64,000 nt of DNA, taken from the IMG/VR virus record IMGVR_UViG_3300029488_000242. One strand, 5' to 3'. The notes beneath the pieces are model-generated. The model worked only from the letters and a program-made list of their open reading frames with translations. It ran no database searches and was not told the DNA's origin. The DNA comes from a virus (Duplodnaviria > Heunggongvirae > Uroviricota > Caudoviricetes). Positions 51,956 through 61,640 of this stretch are shown here, in pieces. Numbering within the stretch: position 1 is the stretch's first letter; every line of letters starts with the position of its first letter. Both the position numbers and the translations under genes were made by a program.

Positions 51956-53387
51956 TTTTCTCCTTTAATTCCATTATCCTTAAATGATTATCACCAATCT
52001 TTCCTTGAACTAATAACTTATTCATTGCCTTTACAATGCTATTAGTTATTTCAATTTCAGAAATGCTATTCAATAAATTAATATTAAATGTAAGGTATTC
52101 AAACCAATGATTAAGAAGAGATATTTTAATATTTAAATATGTATTTCCCTCATTAGAGCAAACATCATAAATAATTTTCCATGACGATTTTTTACTACTA
52201 TGTATCTGTTTTATCATATTGTCTATACATGGAGATAAATATTCACTTATATACTTTTCGTTTTTGTGTTCTTTTTCTTTTTTCTTCTTGATTTCCTCTC
52301 TGAGCGGTATTGTATGTTCATTATAATATTTTTCCATTATTGGATGAAAAAAATTAAATACGTCTGTGTCTGTAATAAACTCATCTACAAGTAAGTGAGA
52401 ACGATTTTCCCAATAAACAGCATCTTTAAAAATTATATGGTTATATTTTCTGAATAAGTATGTATCTTCTTTTTTATTGCTACTACTATAACCAAATTCT
52501 TTGTTAAGATTTTTGATGGTTAGTCCAATATGTTTTAATCGTGCATTATCATAATCATCTAAATCTATATAATTCTTCTCAAGAATATATCTTAACGATG
52601 AGTGTTTTCCATTCATTTTTTTACAAATAAATCTTTGATCTTCAGGTTCTAATAATTGAAAGGCATCAATTAAATCTGCTTGTACTGATTTATTAGTATA
52701 ATATTCTTGAAGCTTTGTCCAGAACCAATCTAATCGTTCCCACTGAATTTTATACTCAATTAAGTCCGTTCTTTTCCAATAAGTTTTTCTTAAAGTAATC
52801 AAATCATCATAATCTTGTCTAACATAATGTTTTATAAAACATTCACCAGTAGAAGATGAGTAGATAAGTTTAAATTTAGGGATGTCATCTGTCGTTACTT
52901 TAAGAAGTTCCTCATTCACATCTAACTCTAAAACATCACAACCAAGCTCATCCCATTTTTCAATATAATCATTTGTTTTCTTGTTTGTATTAGCAATTTC
53001 GACATAAAATTCCTGCCCATTTATAGTTTCTATAAAAATATCAGGACGATAATCTCCAAATTTGGTGTGAAAAGTCTTTTCAATACATGAGTTAGCAACC
53101 TCGTATATAGTTTGTCCAACTTTAAATTTACTATTTTTATCAAGCAGCCAAGTTTTATAAGCAAAATGAATCCTACTTTCTTGTGAACACATTCCATCAA
53201 TATGATGAAAACATCTTTGTTTTTTGTATGTTTTATCTGGATTTTGTCCATTCCAAAGTTTGACTCTTCCTAAACAAATAGGACAATAAAGTACATCATT
53301 GCCACTTACATTGTAAACATTCTTCCAATCAGCATATTCACTTTTAGAATCCAATGCGTACATTAACTCTGGTTCATAATTGACCAT
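51936..53387 (-). CDS. CoiA-like nuclease-domain protein
   Basis: YCPIC...FHH...C..ES.IH, RPDI...EIA PD-(D/E)xK. Confidence 0.65.
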   Translation of the reverse strand: MVNYEPELMYALDSKSEYADWKNVYNVSGNDVLYCPICLGRVKLWNGQNPDKTYKKQRCFHHIDGMCSQESRIHFAYKTWLLDKNSKFKVGQTIYEVANSCIEKTFHTKFGDYRPDIFIETINGQEFYVEIANTNKKTNDYIEKWDELGCDVLELDVNEELLKVTTDDIPKFKLIYSSSTGECFIKHYVRQDYDDLITLRKTYWKRTDLIEYKIQWERLDWFWTKLQEYYTNKSVQADLIDAFQLLEPEDQRFICKKMNGKHSSLRYILEKNYIDLDDYDNARLKHIGLTIKNLNKEFGYSSSNKKEDTYLFRKYNHIIFKDAVYWENRSHLLVDEFITDTDVFNFFHPIMEKYYNEHTIPLREEIKKKKEKEHKNEKYISEYLSPCIDNMIKQIHSSKKSSWKIIYDVCSNEGNTYLNIKISLLNHWFEYLTFNINLLNSISEIEITNSIVKAMNKLLVQGKIGDNHLRIMELKEKNADDKQ

Positions 53388-53461
53388 ATAAAAATCCTCC
53401 TTTTATCTTTATTATTTCCCACCATTATATTCTCCAAATGAAATTTCTATTTACTTACACA

Positions 53462-53733
53462 TTATTGAAAATAAACAGGTACTTTTCCAACGCTAAATCT
53501 TTTCATAATTAGATAACTTATATACCCATCAACTAATTCAAAATTCCTATCAATGATAATAGGACTAAGCTCACCATACTTAATAAAATTATTAAGTTTT
53601 CTTCTATACTTAAAATAACTAGGTGGAGTAGCAAGAAACATATTCTTAATCTTTATTTCACTAATAGGAATCCAATATTCAATACTTGTTTTATAATCAA
53701 TATCAAAAAATATTCTTAATTTATCAACTATCA
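53462..53733 (-). CDS. small ParB/Srx-like protein
   Basis: SPIIIDRNFELVDGYISY; start MIVDKL after GGAAGGA. Confidence 0.5.
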
Positions 53734-53972
53734 TAGTATCCTTCCTTTCCCATTTCCTTAAAATCATAACCTAACCAATTAACTAAAAAATCATAGCTAA
53801 ATATGCAATCTCGATGAAGATACTCACCTTCAGAATTAACTATAAATTCATCTCCATTAAATATTCCCTCTTTACAGTAACAACATATGTAATTACTTTT
53901 CCTATCTTCGTGTAATGGACATCTTTCAGCATGTCCAGAATCTCTTCCGCAATATTCACAAGCCATTTTCAT
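53724..53972 (-). CDS. Zn-binding hypothetical protein
   Basis: CEYC..H..RC, CCYC..HRDC. Confidence 0.6.
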   Translation of the reverse strand: MKMACEYCGRDSGHAERCPLHEDRKSNYICCYCKEGIFNGDEFIVNSEGEYLHRDCIFSYDFLVNWLGYDFKEMGKEGYYDS

Positions 53973-54394
53973 ACCTCACATTTTATTTTCTCATAGCAAA
54001 ATCCATAATCTGTAGTATAATAGATATGCTTAATTCCTAAATCTTTAATAGCTGCCATACAACTAGAGCAAGGACGACACATGCCAAACTCTTTATCAAA
54101 TCTTGTTCTGAAAATATACAATTTTACTTTGGAAAAATTTATATTCAGATGACGAATAGAATTAAGACAATTAATTTCGGCATGTAATGTTGGTTTAATG
54201 CCGTTCTTATTCCAAGACTTTCTATATCTGTTATAATATTTCTGTATAGGATGTGTTTTAATTGTATTACAACCAATTCCTATTACATTTCCTTGATAAA
54301 CGGCTACACAACCTATATGTGTTTTTTTATAATCTGATAAATCCGCAGCTATTTTTGCTTTCTCGTAGTATTTATAATCACTTTTACTTAACAT
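53969..54394 (-). CDS. cytidine/deoxycytidylate deaminase-family protein
   Basis: HAEIN and RPCSSC zinc-deaminase motifs. Confidence 0.85.
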   Translation of the reverse strand: MLSKSDYKYYEKAKIAADLSDYKKTHIGCVAVYQGNVIGIGCNTIKTHPIQKYYNRYRKSWNKNGIKPTLHAEINCLNSIRHLNINFSKVKLYIFRTRFDKEFGMCRPCSSCMAAIKDLGIKHIYYTTDYGFCYEKIKCEV

Positions 54395-54707
54395 TTAACT
54401 TTTCTTTTTCATATAATGCATTTCCACGTTCAAAACAATCAAGTTCATACTTAGTACGATTAACATAATAAGTAAAATCAGTATTTTCAACATATTTAAG
54501 AACTTTCATACATAATTCTTTTTTATTATCTGTTTCAACACTAAGAGCAAAATCTATAAGATCAAATCTATCTATGTCATTCTTCTTAATGTATAAGGTA
54601 GTGTTATACAATCTTTCTTCTTTATTCCATCTACTCATTGCAAGTATTGAATATCCATTATGTAAATCTATTATTATTGATGTATCTCCAATTATTTCGT
54701 ATTTCAT
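54384..54707 (-). CDS. hypothetical protein
   Basis: Start MKYEII, TAATG-coupled to the upstream gene. Confidence 0.6.
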   Translation of the reverse strand: MKYEIIGDTSIIIDLHNGYSILAMSRWNKEERLYNTTLYIKKNDIDRFDLIDFALSVETDNKKELCMKVLKYVENTDFTYYVNRTKYELDCFERGNALYEKEKLNVK

Positions 54708-54925
54708 TAAGCTATTTCCTCCATTTTCTTTAAATCTCTTACATCGCATTCCTTTTGCATAGCACGATCAAATTTAATATCTGCAAAAATTCTTTCAGCA
54801 ATATCTAAATCAGTTCCACCAAAATCTGCTCCTGATTTTAATAATAATGGTGAGCAGATTAACTTGTTGCGAGTCTTAAGTTCCATAGTTCTTGTCATTA
54901 CATGATTCTGTGTTTCATTTGTCAT
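54707..54925 (-). CDS. hypothetical protein
   Basis: 72 aa, AAGGAG RBS. Confidence 0.6.
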   Translation of the reverse strand: MTNETQNHVMTRTMELKTRNKLICSPLLLKSGADFGGTDLDIAERIFADIKFDRAMQKECDVRDLKKMEEIA

Positions 54926-55044
54926 AAATATTTGTTCTCCTTATTAAATAAAAATTTTTATTCATATCATCGCTAGTGTGATACGGTTTATGTGTTACAT
55001 TTATATATTCCCTTATTACAAAAGGGTTTTATTAAAATTTATTC

Positions 55045-55845
55045 TTAATTGCCGTTTTTAATTTCTCCAAATGAATCTACATTATAAATCTCCAACATCT
55101 TAGCAATAGCCCATTCGATTTCTTGCTCATATCCTTCTTTATTAAGTACATATATATTTGGTACATTTTGTGGTGGTTTCTTTGGATCAGGTTTAATGCT
55201 GCCAACTTCTTTTTTTATTAAGAGAGGTTCTTTATTTCCAATAGAAGAAGTGAGACATTGAATACATTGATTAATTGTATCCTTTGACATAGAAAGCTCT
55301 TTTGACATAGATTCTATACTTCGCCAAAAAGCTTCTGGCTTAGATTCAGGATTATACATGACATCTTCATCATCTTTATTTTTAGGACGAATAAAGATAT
55401 ATGAGTTAATATATAAAAAAGCCATTAGTATATTCTCTTTATTGATACTAGATTCATTCATCATAATAAAATCAAGCTGAGAGGATGTGATTTTTGAGAA
55501 TTTGTCAGCAGCATCAAAATTTTCAGGAATGATCTTAATTTCAATGCCAGTATCATATCCGAGTGTGTCAAGATCCTGTTGAACTTCAATCATTTTGTTA
55601 TTAATCATATATTCCAGTACATCAAGAATTTCTTGAAATGCTTTTGGTTTATGCTTGGTTGTTTTATACCCATAGAATTCCATTACTTTACGAATAGTAA
55701 TCCAACTATAGTCTTCATACGATCTGTATTTATCTATAAGTATGTATGTGATATAAAATTTCCTACTAACTCCATATTTTGTTTTGATATTCCCTTGAAT
55801 ATAGCCATTTGGGAAACGTGTAAAATATTCTATTTTTTGTTGCAA
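55045..55845 (-). CDS. putative replication initiator / winged-HTH protein
   Basis: FTRFPN start, AFWRSIESMSKELSMSKDTINQCIQCL wHTH, PNIYVL end. Confidence 0.5.
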   Translation of the reverse strand: MQQKIEYFTRFPNGYIQGNIKTKYGVSRKFYITYILIDKYRSYEDYSWITIRKVMEFYGYKTTKHKPKAFQEILDVLEYMINNKMIEVQQDLDTLGYDTGIEIKIIPENFDAADKFSKITSSQLDFIMMNESSINKENILMAFLYINSYIFIRPKNKDDEDVMYNPESKPEAFWRSIESMSKELSMSKDTINQCIQCLTSSIGNKEPLLIKKEVGSIKPDPKKPPQNVPNIYVLNKEGYEQEIEWAIAKMLEIYNVDSFGEIKNGN

Positions 55846-55926
55846 TTAAAAATCCTCCTTTATATGTGATATTTATTTATTCTCTGTTTCTATTTAAAGA
55901 GAAACGCCTTTACGAGCGTTCAGTAA

Positions 55927-55990
55927 ACTACACTTTTATGTATGTCCAATTTTAAAATATGAGAATTTTGACTACACTTTTGTGTAGGTC
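55927..55990. repeat. two 20-bp direct repeats (iteron-like)
   Basis: ACTACACTTTTATGTATGTC (55927) and ACTACACTTTTGTGTAGGTC (55971), 44 bp apart. Confidence 0.55.
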
Positions 55991-56261
55991 AACTGAACTG
56001 AAAGAAGATATATAACTTATTTAATAAGACAGACTATTACGCTTGTATTTCGCTTACGCTTCATACAAGCTCTTTAATTTTTTGGTTGATTATTATTGGT
56101 TGATTTAGGTACATGGTGTTTTTTAATTGATATTTTCATTTGGGTACATATGAGATGTACCTATAGTTTTATTCTCTTAAATTATTTCTATTAATGTTTT
56201 ATCTAATTCTTTTAGTATATTTTTATAGTTTTAATTTTATTAAATAATCTTGTTATTAAAT

Positions 56262-56639
56262 TCATTTATTTTCTCCTTCCAAATTAACATACCTCTCTTT
56301 AAAAATATCCTCTACAAAAAATACTGGTAATTTGTTATGGTACTTTCCATATAATTCCTCATCAGAAATACGAGAGTAGCATCTGCCTATTGGTGAATTA
56401 ACTTCTCTGATATAATCTTTTACAATAGATTTATTTTCCTTGAATCGCTCATTTATTTTTCCACAAATAGTACAGTAGGTATATAAACCTGTATTAAGAC
56501 AAGTCTTTCCTGCAAATATGGATTTGTTTTGAATCAGACATTCTTCATAATGATGTTTGTGCTTTGATTTGCGATTACTCTTGGAGATATTACTTTCTGT
56601 TGACTTGAGATATTTTGGGATTTCGTTTTCTTGCATCAT
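56262..56639 (-). CDS. hypothetical protein
   Basis: 125 aa; KHKHHYEECL...YCTICGKI. Confidence 0.65.
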   Translation of the reverse strand: MMQENEIPKYLKSTESNISKSNRKSKHKHHYEECLIQNKSIFAGKTCLNTGLYTYCTICGKINERFKENKSIVKDYIREVNSPIGRCYSRISDEELYGKYHNKLPVFFVEDIFKERYVNLEGENK

Positions 56640-58162
56640 ACTTAATTCCTTCTTTAATGTATTATTCTCTCTTTGATTGTCTACCTAGAGATGTTCTTTT
56701 CTTGCTGACGCTGCGAAAAGACCGCCCTTATCAAAGGGCTACATCTTGTGCTTACGCACATACTATCTTTTTGAACTTGTGTGTAGTTTTCTCATACCCC
56801 TATCTGTGGGTTAAAAATGAGTTTTTGAGGGTGATTTTCAATTTTTATGTCTTATGTGATAACTTATAAGGGTATGAGATAAAAGTGGCTAATTTTTCTA
56901 TGAGGTGTGATTTTGTCCCTAAATAGATTAAAATGCAATTCTGCCGACTAATTCATCAAATATATTTCTATAAAAGTTACATGATAAGTTATTAAATGTT
57001 TCTGTTGTAATATGTTAAATTGCTCATAATGAGTCCTCCTTTAAATTTATTATTTTTTTTGTTTGGCAAGAGTAGTGTGATGATTATTTACAATAGATTT
57101 TTCTCTTATATGACTTTGAATATATGAATTTTTAGTATTGTATGGATATGTTAATTAATAAAGAGAGTTAATATAAAATTCTTTACATGGAATATAAGGA
57201 GAAAAATGTATGATTTTGAATCTATTTTAGATTTTTATATGTCAAGTTGCTAGTTGTTAGGGTAGAGAGAAAAATTGAAATTTGAGTTGTGAGAATGGAT
57301 TTTTGTATAGGTGTGAGAATTGATAATATTATTTATAGTAAATATGATGAATATATATAAATAGTTAATGTAATTTTGGGTGATGTAAAAAATTGACCTT
57401 GTATTTTGAACATTTAGGTGGGTAAAAATGATTTTAGGTGTTATTGGTAGAGTAGAATAAAAACGCTGTGTATGGGTGAGATAGAGGGGTTAGATGAGAA
57501 ATGGGATTTTTTGGTATTGCTATAGTAGGATTTTTTAATGGTTTATATTGGATTTTTGGTTATTTTTGTGAAGTATATAGGTAATTTTTGGTTTTTCTGT
57601 ACCCCCGTATTGTAGATGAGAGAGTTGTAATTTGTGTGATTGATTATAATGATAGATTTTAGATTAAAAATGGTTATCGGTAAAAGTATTTATAAATAAG
57701 GAAGATTTTGGATTTGTGAATGAATTTTTGATAAGATGGAAGTTTAATTTTTTGGTTGTGAAGTGGCTAAAAGTGGCTTGGTTAGTGGGTTTGAGCGATA
57801 TGGGGTACGATAAAGGGTTTGAGATGGGAAATTTGGGATTTTGCTTGATTTTGTTAGGAATTTTGAAGTTGGAAAGAGGATGGATTTTTAAGTTGGTATG
57901 TAGATGAATCAGCTATAGGGTTTTCTGCATTTCCAGTCCATCAAGTTGGTTTTAAGTACCCCCAGTCAGTCTAAAACAATGGCTAATAGATATATATTAT
58001 ACATTCTTTTTTCTGGTACTTTTGAGCAGAACCTATGTAGTTTTTAAAACTATGTTAGATAGCATTAATGTTATTATAATATATAGTTTTAAACTATGAC
58101 ATATCGTTTATCATAGTTTTTATTTATATCTAACAAAATATAAAAATTATTCAAAAAAACAC

Positions 58163-58294
58163 TTGACATATAAATACAAAGCTATATAATGTAAGTATAA
58201 AGTAATACACTTTATATAACATTTATAGTACTTTGAAAATAAATTAAAAATATTTAAAAAAGTACTTGACATATAAAGCGTAAGACTTTATAAT
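58163..58294 (+). promoter_or_regulatory. tandem strong sigma-A promoters of the early region
   Basis: TTGACA-N16-TATAAT (58163-58190) and TTGACA-N17-TATAAT (58266-58294), both followed by GTAAG. Confidence 0.75.
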
Positions 58295-58408
58295 GTAAGC
58301 ATAGTAATTAAATGCTATGTGGTAATGTACAAAAAAGTTTAGTCCACTAAACAAAAATAACAAAGTTTAGCGACTAAACAAAACAATAAAGAATAGGAGG
58401 TACTTATT

Positions 58409-59095
58409 ATGAGTACAAAAAACACAACAAACCAGGAAACAAAAAACAATTCAATCATTAATGTAGTAGTAAATGGTATGAAAGCTTCAGAAGGGGTAAA
58501 AAATGTACAATCACGGCTTGAGTCTGTTGAAAAGTCTGCTTTTAACATTGCTTTAATTTCTGCTTATTCATGTGGTACTTGTATTCCTAGTTATATTGAT
58601 AATAAGGGCATAGAACACGGAGAGGCACAACTTGACAAAAAGGACGCTTTTAAACAAGTTGATTTTATCAAACTTGTAGGAAGAAGTAAAGCCACGCTTT
58701 CCCGTTGGATAGGTGCAATGAATTTAATCATTGAAAAGGGTTATTTTACCGACTTTGCAAGCGGTTTATATCCGTTTTCTTATGATAAAATTTATGACAT
58801 TTTTAATCATGAGGATGTTTTTCAGGGGATGTTATTATCAGAATTGATGGAGTTATCAGCTAGTACACTTGAAAAGATGGTTAATGATTTCAAACCATCT
58901 AAGGAAGAAGAAAAGACTGAAGAAAAAATTTCTGAAGATAAGACAGCGACAGACAGCGACAGCAAGGAAGAAGAAAAGACTGAAGAAAAAGTTTCTGAAG
59001 AAACTGCGGTACTCACATACCAGGGCAAGGATTATACAGTCAATAAGGCTGTATTTGAAAAGTGGCTTGCTGAGAACGCCACACTTGCAAAATAA
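58409..59095 (+). CDS. first early gene; HTH-like segment and K/E-rich repeated tail
   Basis: AGGAGG RBS; FIKLVGRSKATLSRW; KEEEKTEEK(I/V)SE twice. Confidence 0.7.
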   Translation: MSTKNTTNQETKNNSIINVVVNGMKASEGVKNVQSRLESVEKSAFNIALISAYSCGTCIPSYIDNKGIEHGEAQLDKKDAFKQVDFIKLVGRSKATLSRWIGAMNLIIEKGYFTDFASGLYPFSYDKIYDIFNHEDVFQGMLLSELMELSASTLEKMVNDFKPSKEEEKTEEKISEDKTATDSDSKEEEKTEEKVSEETAVLTYQGKDYTVNKAVFEKWLAENATLAK

Positions 59096-59113
59096 TCAGC
59101 ACTAACACTAAAA

Positions 59114-59141
59114 CCAGGGCGGTGAAAATCCGCCCTTTTTG
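59114..59141 (+). terminator. intrinsic terminator
   Basis: AGGGCGG-TGAAAAT-CCGCCCT followed by a T-run. Confidence 0.7.
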
Positions 59142-59351
59142 TAATGTTATCCGGGTATATTACCCGGTTTTTTAATGCTTTTATAGTTTAGTGACTAAAC
59201 AAAAAATCAATAATCAAAATTGTTTAGCGACTAAACTATAAAACTATAAAACAATATTAATCAATGCCAGGAGGTACGAAAATATGAAATATTATGATGT
59301 GGCAATAATAAATAAAAAATGCAGTTATTTCAGAATAGGAGGTTTTGCGTT

Positions 59352-59843
59352 ATGAATATTGAAATTTGCAAAGATAACAACACATATATCTGGGGTTTCC
59401 ATGTGCCACTTAATGCGTGGTATGGTCAGGATGGCGATAACAGTTGGGATTGGTGGATCTGCACAGTACACGGCAAGCCTGAAAATGATAATACACTTGA
59501 ACTGCGTAGATTTAATGGTGAGTGTTGGGTAAAAGTGAGTGAGAACTCCGACACCACACAAGCAATCTGTCAGTGGGCTACAGCTCTGCATTTATGGTGG
59601 ACAAAATGTCAATGGTTCAAAGAAGAAGATAAGCAAAAAAGTTTAGCGACTAAACAACTTATAAGACAAGAAAGACATATAAACAGCTTAAAAAATCTAA
59701 TGAAGCACGATAGAAAACATAAGTCAGGCGGTTCAGGTATCCGTCTTGATATAGAAAACTTTCGTGCGGATAAGACGTTTACCGATTATGAATGCACGAA
59801 TAATCATCATCGTTTTCATGATTTTCAAAGAAGCTATGTTTAA
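59352..59843 (+). CDS. Trp-rich hypothetical protein
   Basis: Start MNIEIC after AGGAGG. Confidence 0.65.
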   Translation: MNIEICKDNNTYIWGFHVPLNAWYGQDGDNSWDWWICTVHGKPENDNTLELRRFNGECWVKVSENSDTTQAICQWATALHLWWTKCQWFKEEDKQKSLATKQLIRQERHINSLKNLMKHDRKHKSGGSGIRLDIENFRADKTFTDYECTNNHHRFHDFQRSYV

Positions 59844-59859
59844 GGAGGCAAAAATAACT

Positions 59860-60099
59860 ATGCTTAACACATTAGATATGTATGGAATTTGTCACGAAAT
59901 ATACCGTGACTTAAAAGGCAAAAATGCCTACGCCGAAACTGATGAAAATATTCTGAATTTTATTTTCAGACTATACAACACAACTGAAATTGATTGTGAG
60001 GAAATAAAAGCATTATGGATAGAGTGGCTCACAAAAGGCACTTTGTCTATAAATACGCAAATTCAGAATGCAAGAAATAGGAGGTATAACTATGCTTAA
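59860..60099 (+). CDS. hypothetical protein
   Basis: Start MLNTLD after AAGGAGG. Confidence 0.6.
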   Translation: MLNTLDMYGICHEIYRDLKGKNAYAETDENILNFIFRLYNTTEIDCEEIKALWIEWLTKGTLSINTQIQNARNRRYNYA

Positions 60100-60337
60100 T
60101 ATACAAACAACAATTCATTCAGATAAAGATGGCAACTATAAAGCCCAAAATATAATATCTCAACTTATAAAGGCAAATTTAGACATTAAATTGCCTAATA
60201 AACCACTAGAGGATATATGTCTTGCAGATTTAAAATGTGAGGAGTTACCATGTACATATTCGCATACAGAAGGTACAATATGGGATAATGAATTGTGTAC
60301 TTATATCGAACGAAAAATAACATTGTGTTTTGGATAA
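60092..60337 (+). CDS. hypothetical protein
   Basis: Start MLNIQT after AGGAGG. Confidence 0.6.
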   Translation: MLNIQTTIHSDKDGNYKAQNIISQLIKANLDIKLPNKPLEDICLADLKCEELPCTYSHTEGTIWDNELCTYIERKITLCFG

Positions 60338-60354
60338 AATGGAGGTAAATTAAT

Positions 60355-60531
60355 ATGACTTATAAACAGACTGCAACTACAATAATACGAGCAACGGAAA
60401 TCTTCAATGATTTCTTTAAGCGTGATCCAGATATGCACAATACAAATGATGTAATGGAGTTATTATGTATTCAGGCAGATGTAATGTATGCAATGGAAAA
60501 TATACAAATGCGTAATGAAAAGGCAGACTAA
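60355..60531 (+). CDS. small hypothetical protein, 58 aa
   Basis: MTYKQTATTIIR...; GGAGG RBS. Confidence 0.55.
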   Translation: MTYKQTATTIIRATEIFNDFFKRDPDMHNTNDVMELLCIQADVMYAMENIQMRNEKAD

Positions 60532-60540
60532 CAATCTGCC

Positions 60541-60590
60541 TTCCGTCTTACGGTGTAAGTCCGTAACCGATGAGCAGAAGCGAAACGGAA
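60541..60590 (+). ncRNA. type III hammerhead ribozyme-like element (U4C core variant)
   Basis: TTCCGT-C / stem I TTACGG-TGTAAGT-CCGTAA / CCGATGA / GC-AGAA-GC / GAA-ACGGAA. Confidence 0.65.
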
Positions 60591-60665
60591 ATTGAAAGGA
60601 GGTTGTTTTTATGGTAACATTGTAGATAGGTACAGTGTGCCTAAAAATAGGAAGGAGGACATAAT

Positions 60666-60872
60666 ATGTCCGAAAAAGCAATAGTTCATAAAGTCCCAGA
60701 AAATGTCAGAAGGCAAAGTATAGAAACTCTAAAAGTACGTAAAGAATCATTGGAGTATCTGCGTAAGAATGGATATAAGACCATTGACGATATAATTGAA
60801 AGGCAAAATGATATCCCAACGGAAATTAGAGGGAATATCTATGCTTATATTATGTTTGGCATGGAGGGATAA
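60666..60872 (+). CDS. small protein resembling RNA polymerase alpha-CTD
   Basis: SIETLKVRKESLEYLRKNGYKTIDDII parallels the alpha-CTD IEELxLSxRSxNCLKRxGIxTVxDL pattern. Confidence 0.45.
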   Translation: MSEKAIVHKVPENVRRQSIETLKVRKESLEYLRKNGYKTIDDIIERQNDIPTEIRGNIYAYIMFGMEG

Positions 60873-60918
60873 GGCAAATGTTTAGTGGCTAAACTGGAAT
60901 CTGGTTTAGCTGCTAAAC

Positions 60919-60947
60919 TTGACAATGTAAGCATAAAGATTTATACT
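60919..60947 (+). promoter_or_regulatory. sigma-A promoter abutting a palindromic operator
   Basis: TTGACA-N17-TATACT, operator 60904-60918 directly upstream. Confidence 0.7.
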
Positions 60948-60982
60948 GTAAGTGTAAAACTTTGAAGGGAGAGTGATAACAA

Positions 60983-61279
60983 ATGTTTACATTTACAGAT
61001 AATGAAGCTTTAAAGAAAGAATTAAAATTATTTCAAGTTGCTAATAATTTTGATAATATAACGGAAATATGCAAAAAAATGGAAATTATACCACAAGCAT
61101 ATTACAATACTTTAAAAAAACAAGGCTTATCATTTAATGATATAAAGCGAATCTGTGATGGTATGGATACAGATTTATGTATAGAATTTAAAAAACGAAA
61201 TTCAGAAAAGGCAAACGAAGAAAAGGCAAAACTTGAAGCTCAAATAGCCGAACTTCAGGCAAAACTAAAACAAATGTGA
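60983..61279 (+). CDS. Cro/C1-type HTH regulator
   Basis: NITEICKKMEIIPQAYYNTLKK..LSFNDIKRICDGM plus C-term coiled coil. Confidence 0.65.
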   Translation: MFTFTDNEALKKELKLFQVANNFDNITEICKKMEIIPQAYYNTLKKQGLSFNDIKRICDGMDTDLCIEFKKRNSEKANEEKAKLEAQIAELQAKLKQM

Positions 61280-61289
61280 GGAGGATATT

Positions 61290-61532
61290 ATGACAATAGA
61301 AGAAATGCGTAACTCTATGCTCAAAGCAGGAATTTACACAAAGACAGATATAGATAAAATCTGCGAACTTGAAAAGGCATATCAAGATGAATGTCAGGAA
61401 ATAGCCGAACAGTGCGAAGCTGAAGGTTATCCATCCAACGGAAGCAACTATGAACTCCGTTGCGAAAATGCAAGAGCTTATTATGATGAGCAGATTGCAT
61501 ATATAGATGCAAAATACGATGTTGAAGAGTAA
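61290..61532 (+). CDS. hypothetical protein
   Basis: 80 aa; CEAEGYPSNGSNYELRC. Confidence 0.65.
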   Translation: MTIEEMRNSMLKAGIYTKTDIDKICELEKAYQDECQEIAEQCEAEGYPSNGSNYELRCENARAYYDEQIAYIDAKYDVEE

Positions 61533-61580
61533 ACCCCACAAAGCACCACGTAGGCAAACTACTAGGTGCTATTTTATTGC

Positions 61581-61609
61581 TTGACAATACAACTTATATG
61601 TTGTATTCT
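61581..61609 (+). promoter_or_regulatory. TA-operon promoter with overlapping inverted-repeat operator
   Basis: TTGACA-N17-TATTCT; AATACAAC-N6-GTTGTATT at 61586-61607. Confidence 0.7.
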
Positions 61610-61640
61610 GTAATCGAGAAAAAGAAAGTGAGGATTATAG

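Noticed and set aside
57716..57907. 63-aa ORF in the skewed gap
   Set aside because: Product of low-complexity G/T-rich sequence, no RBS
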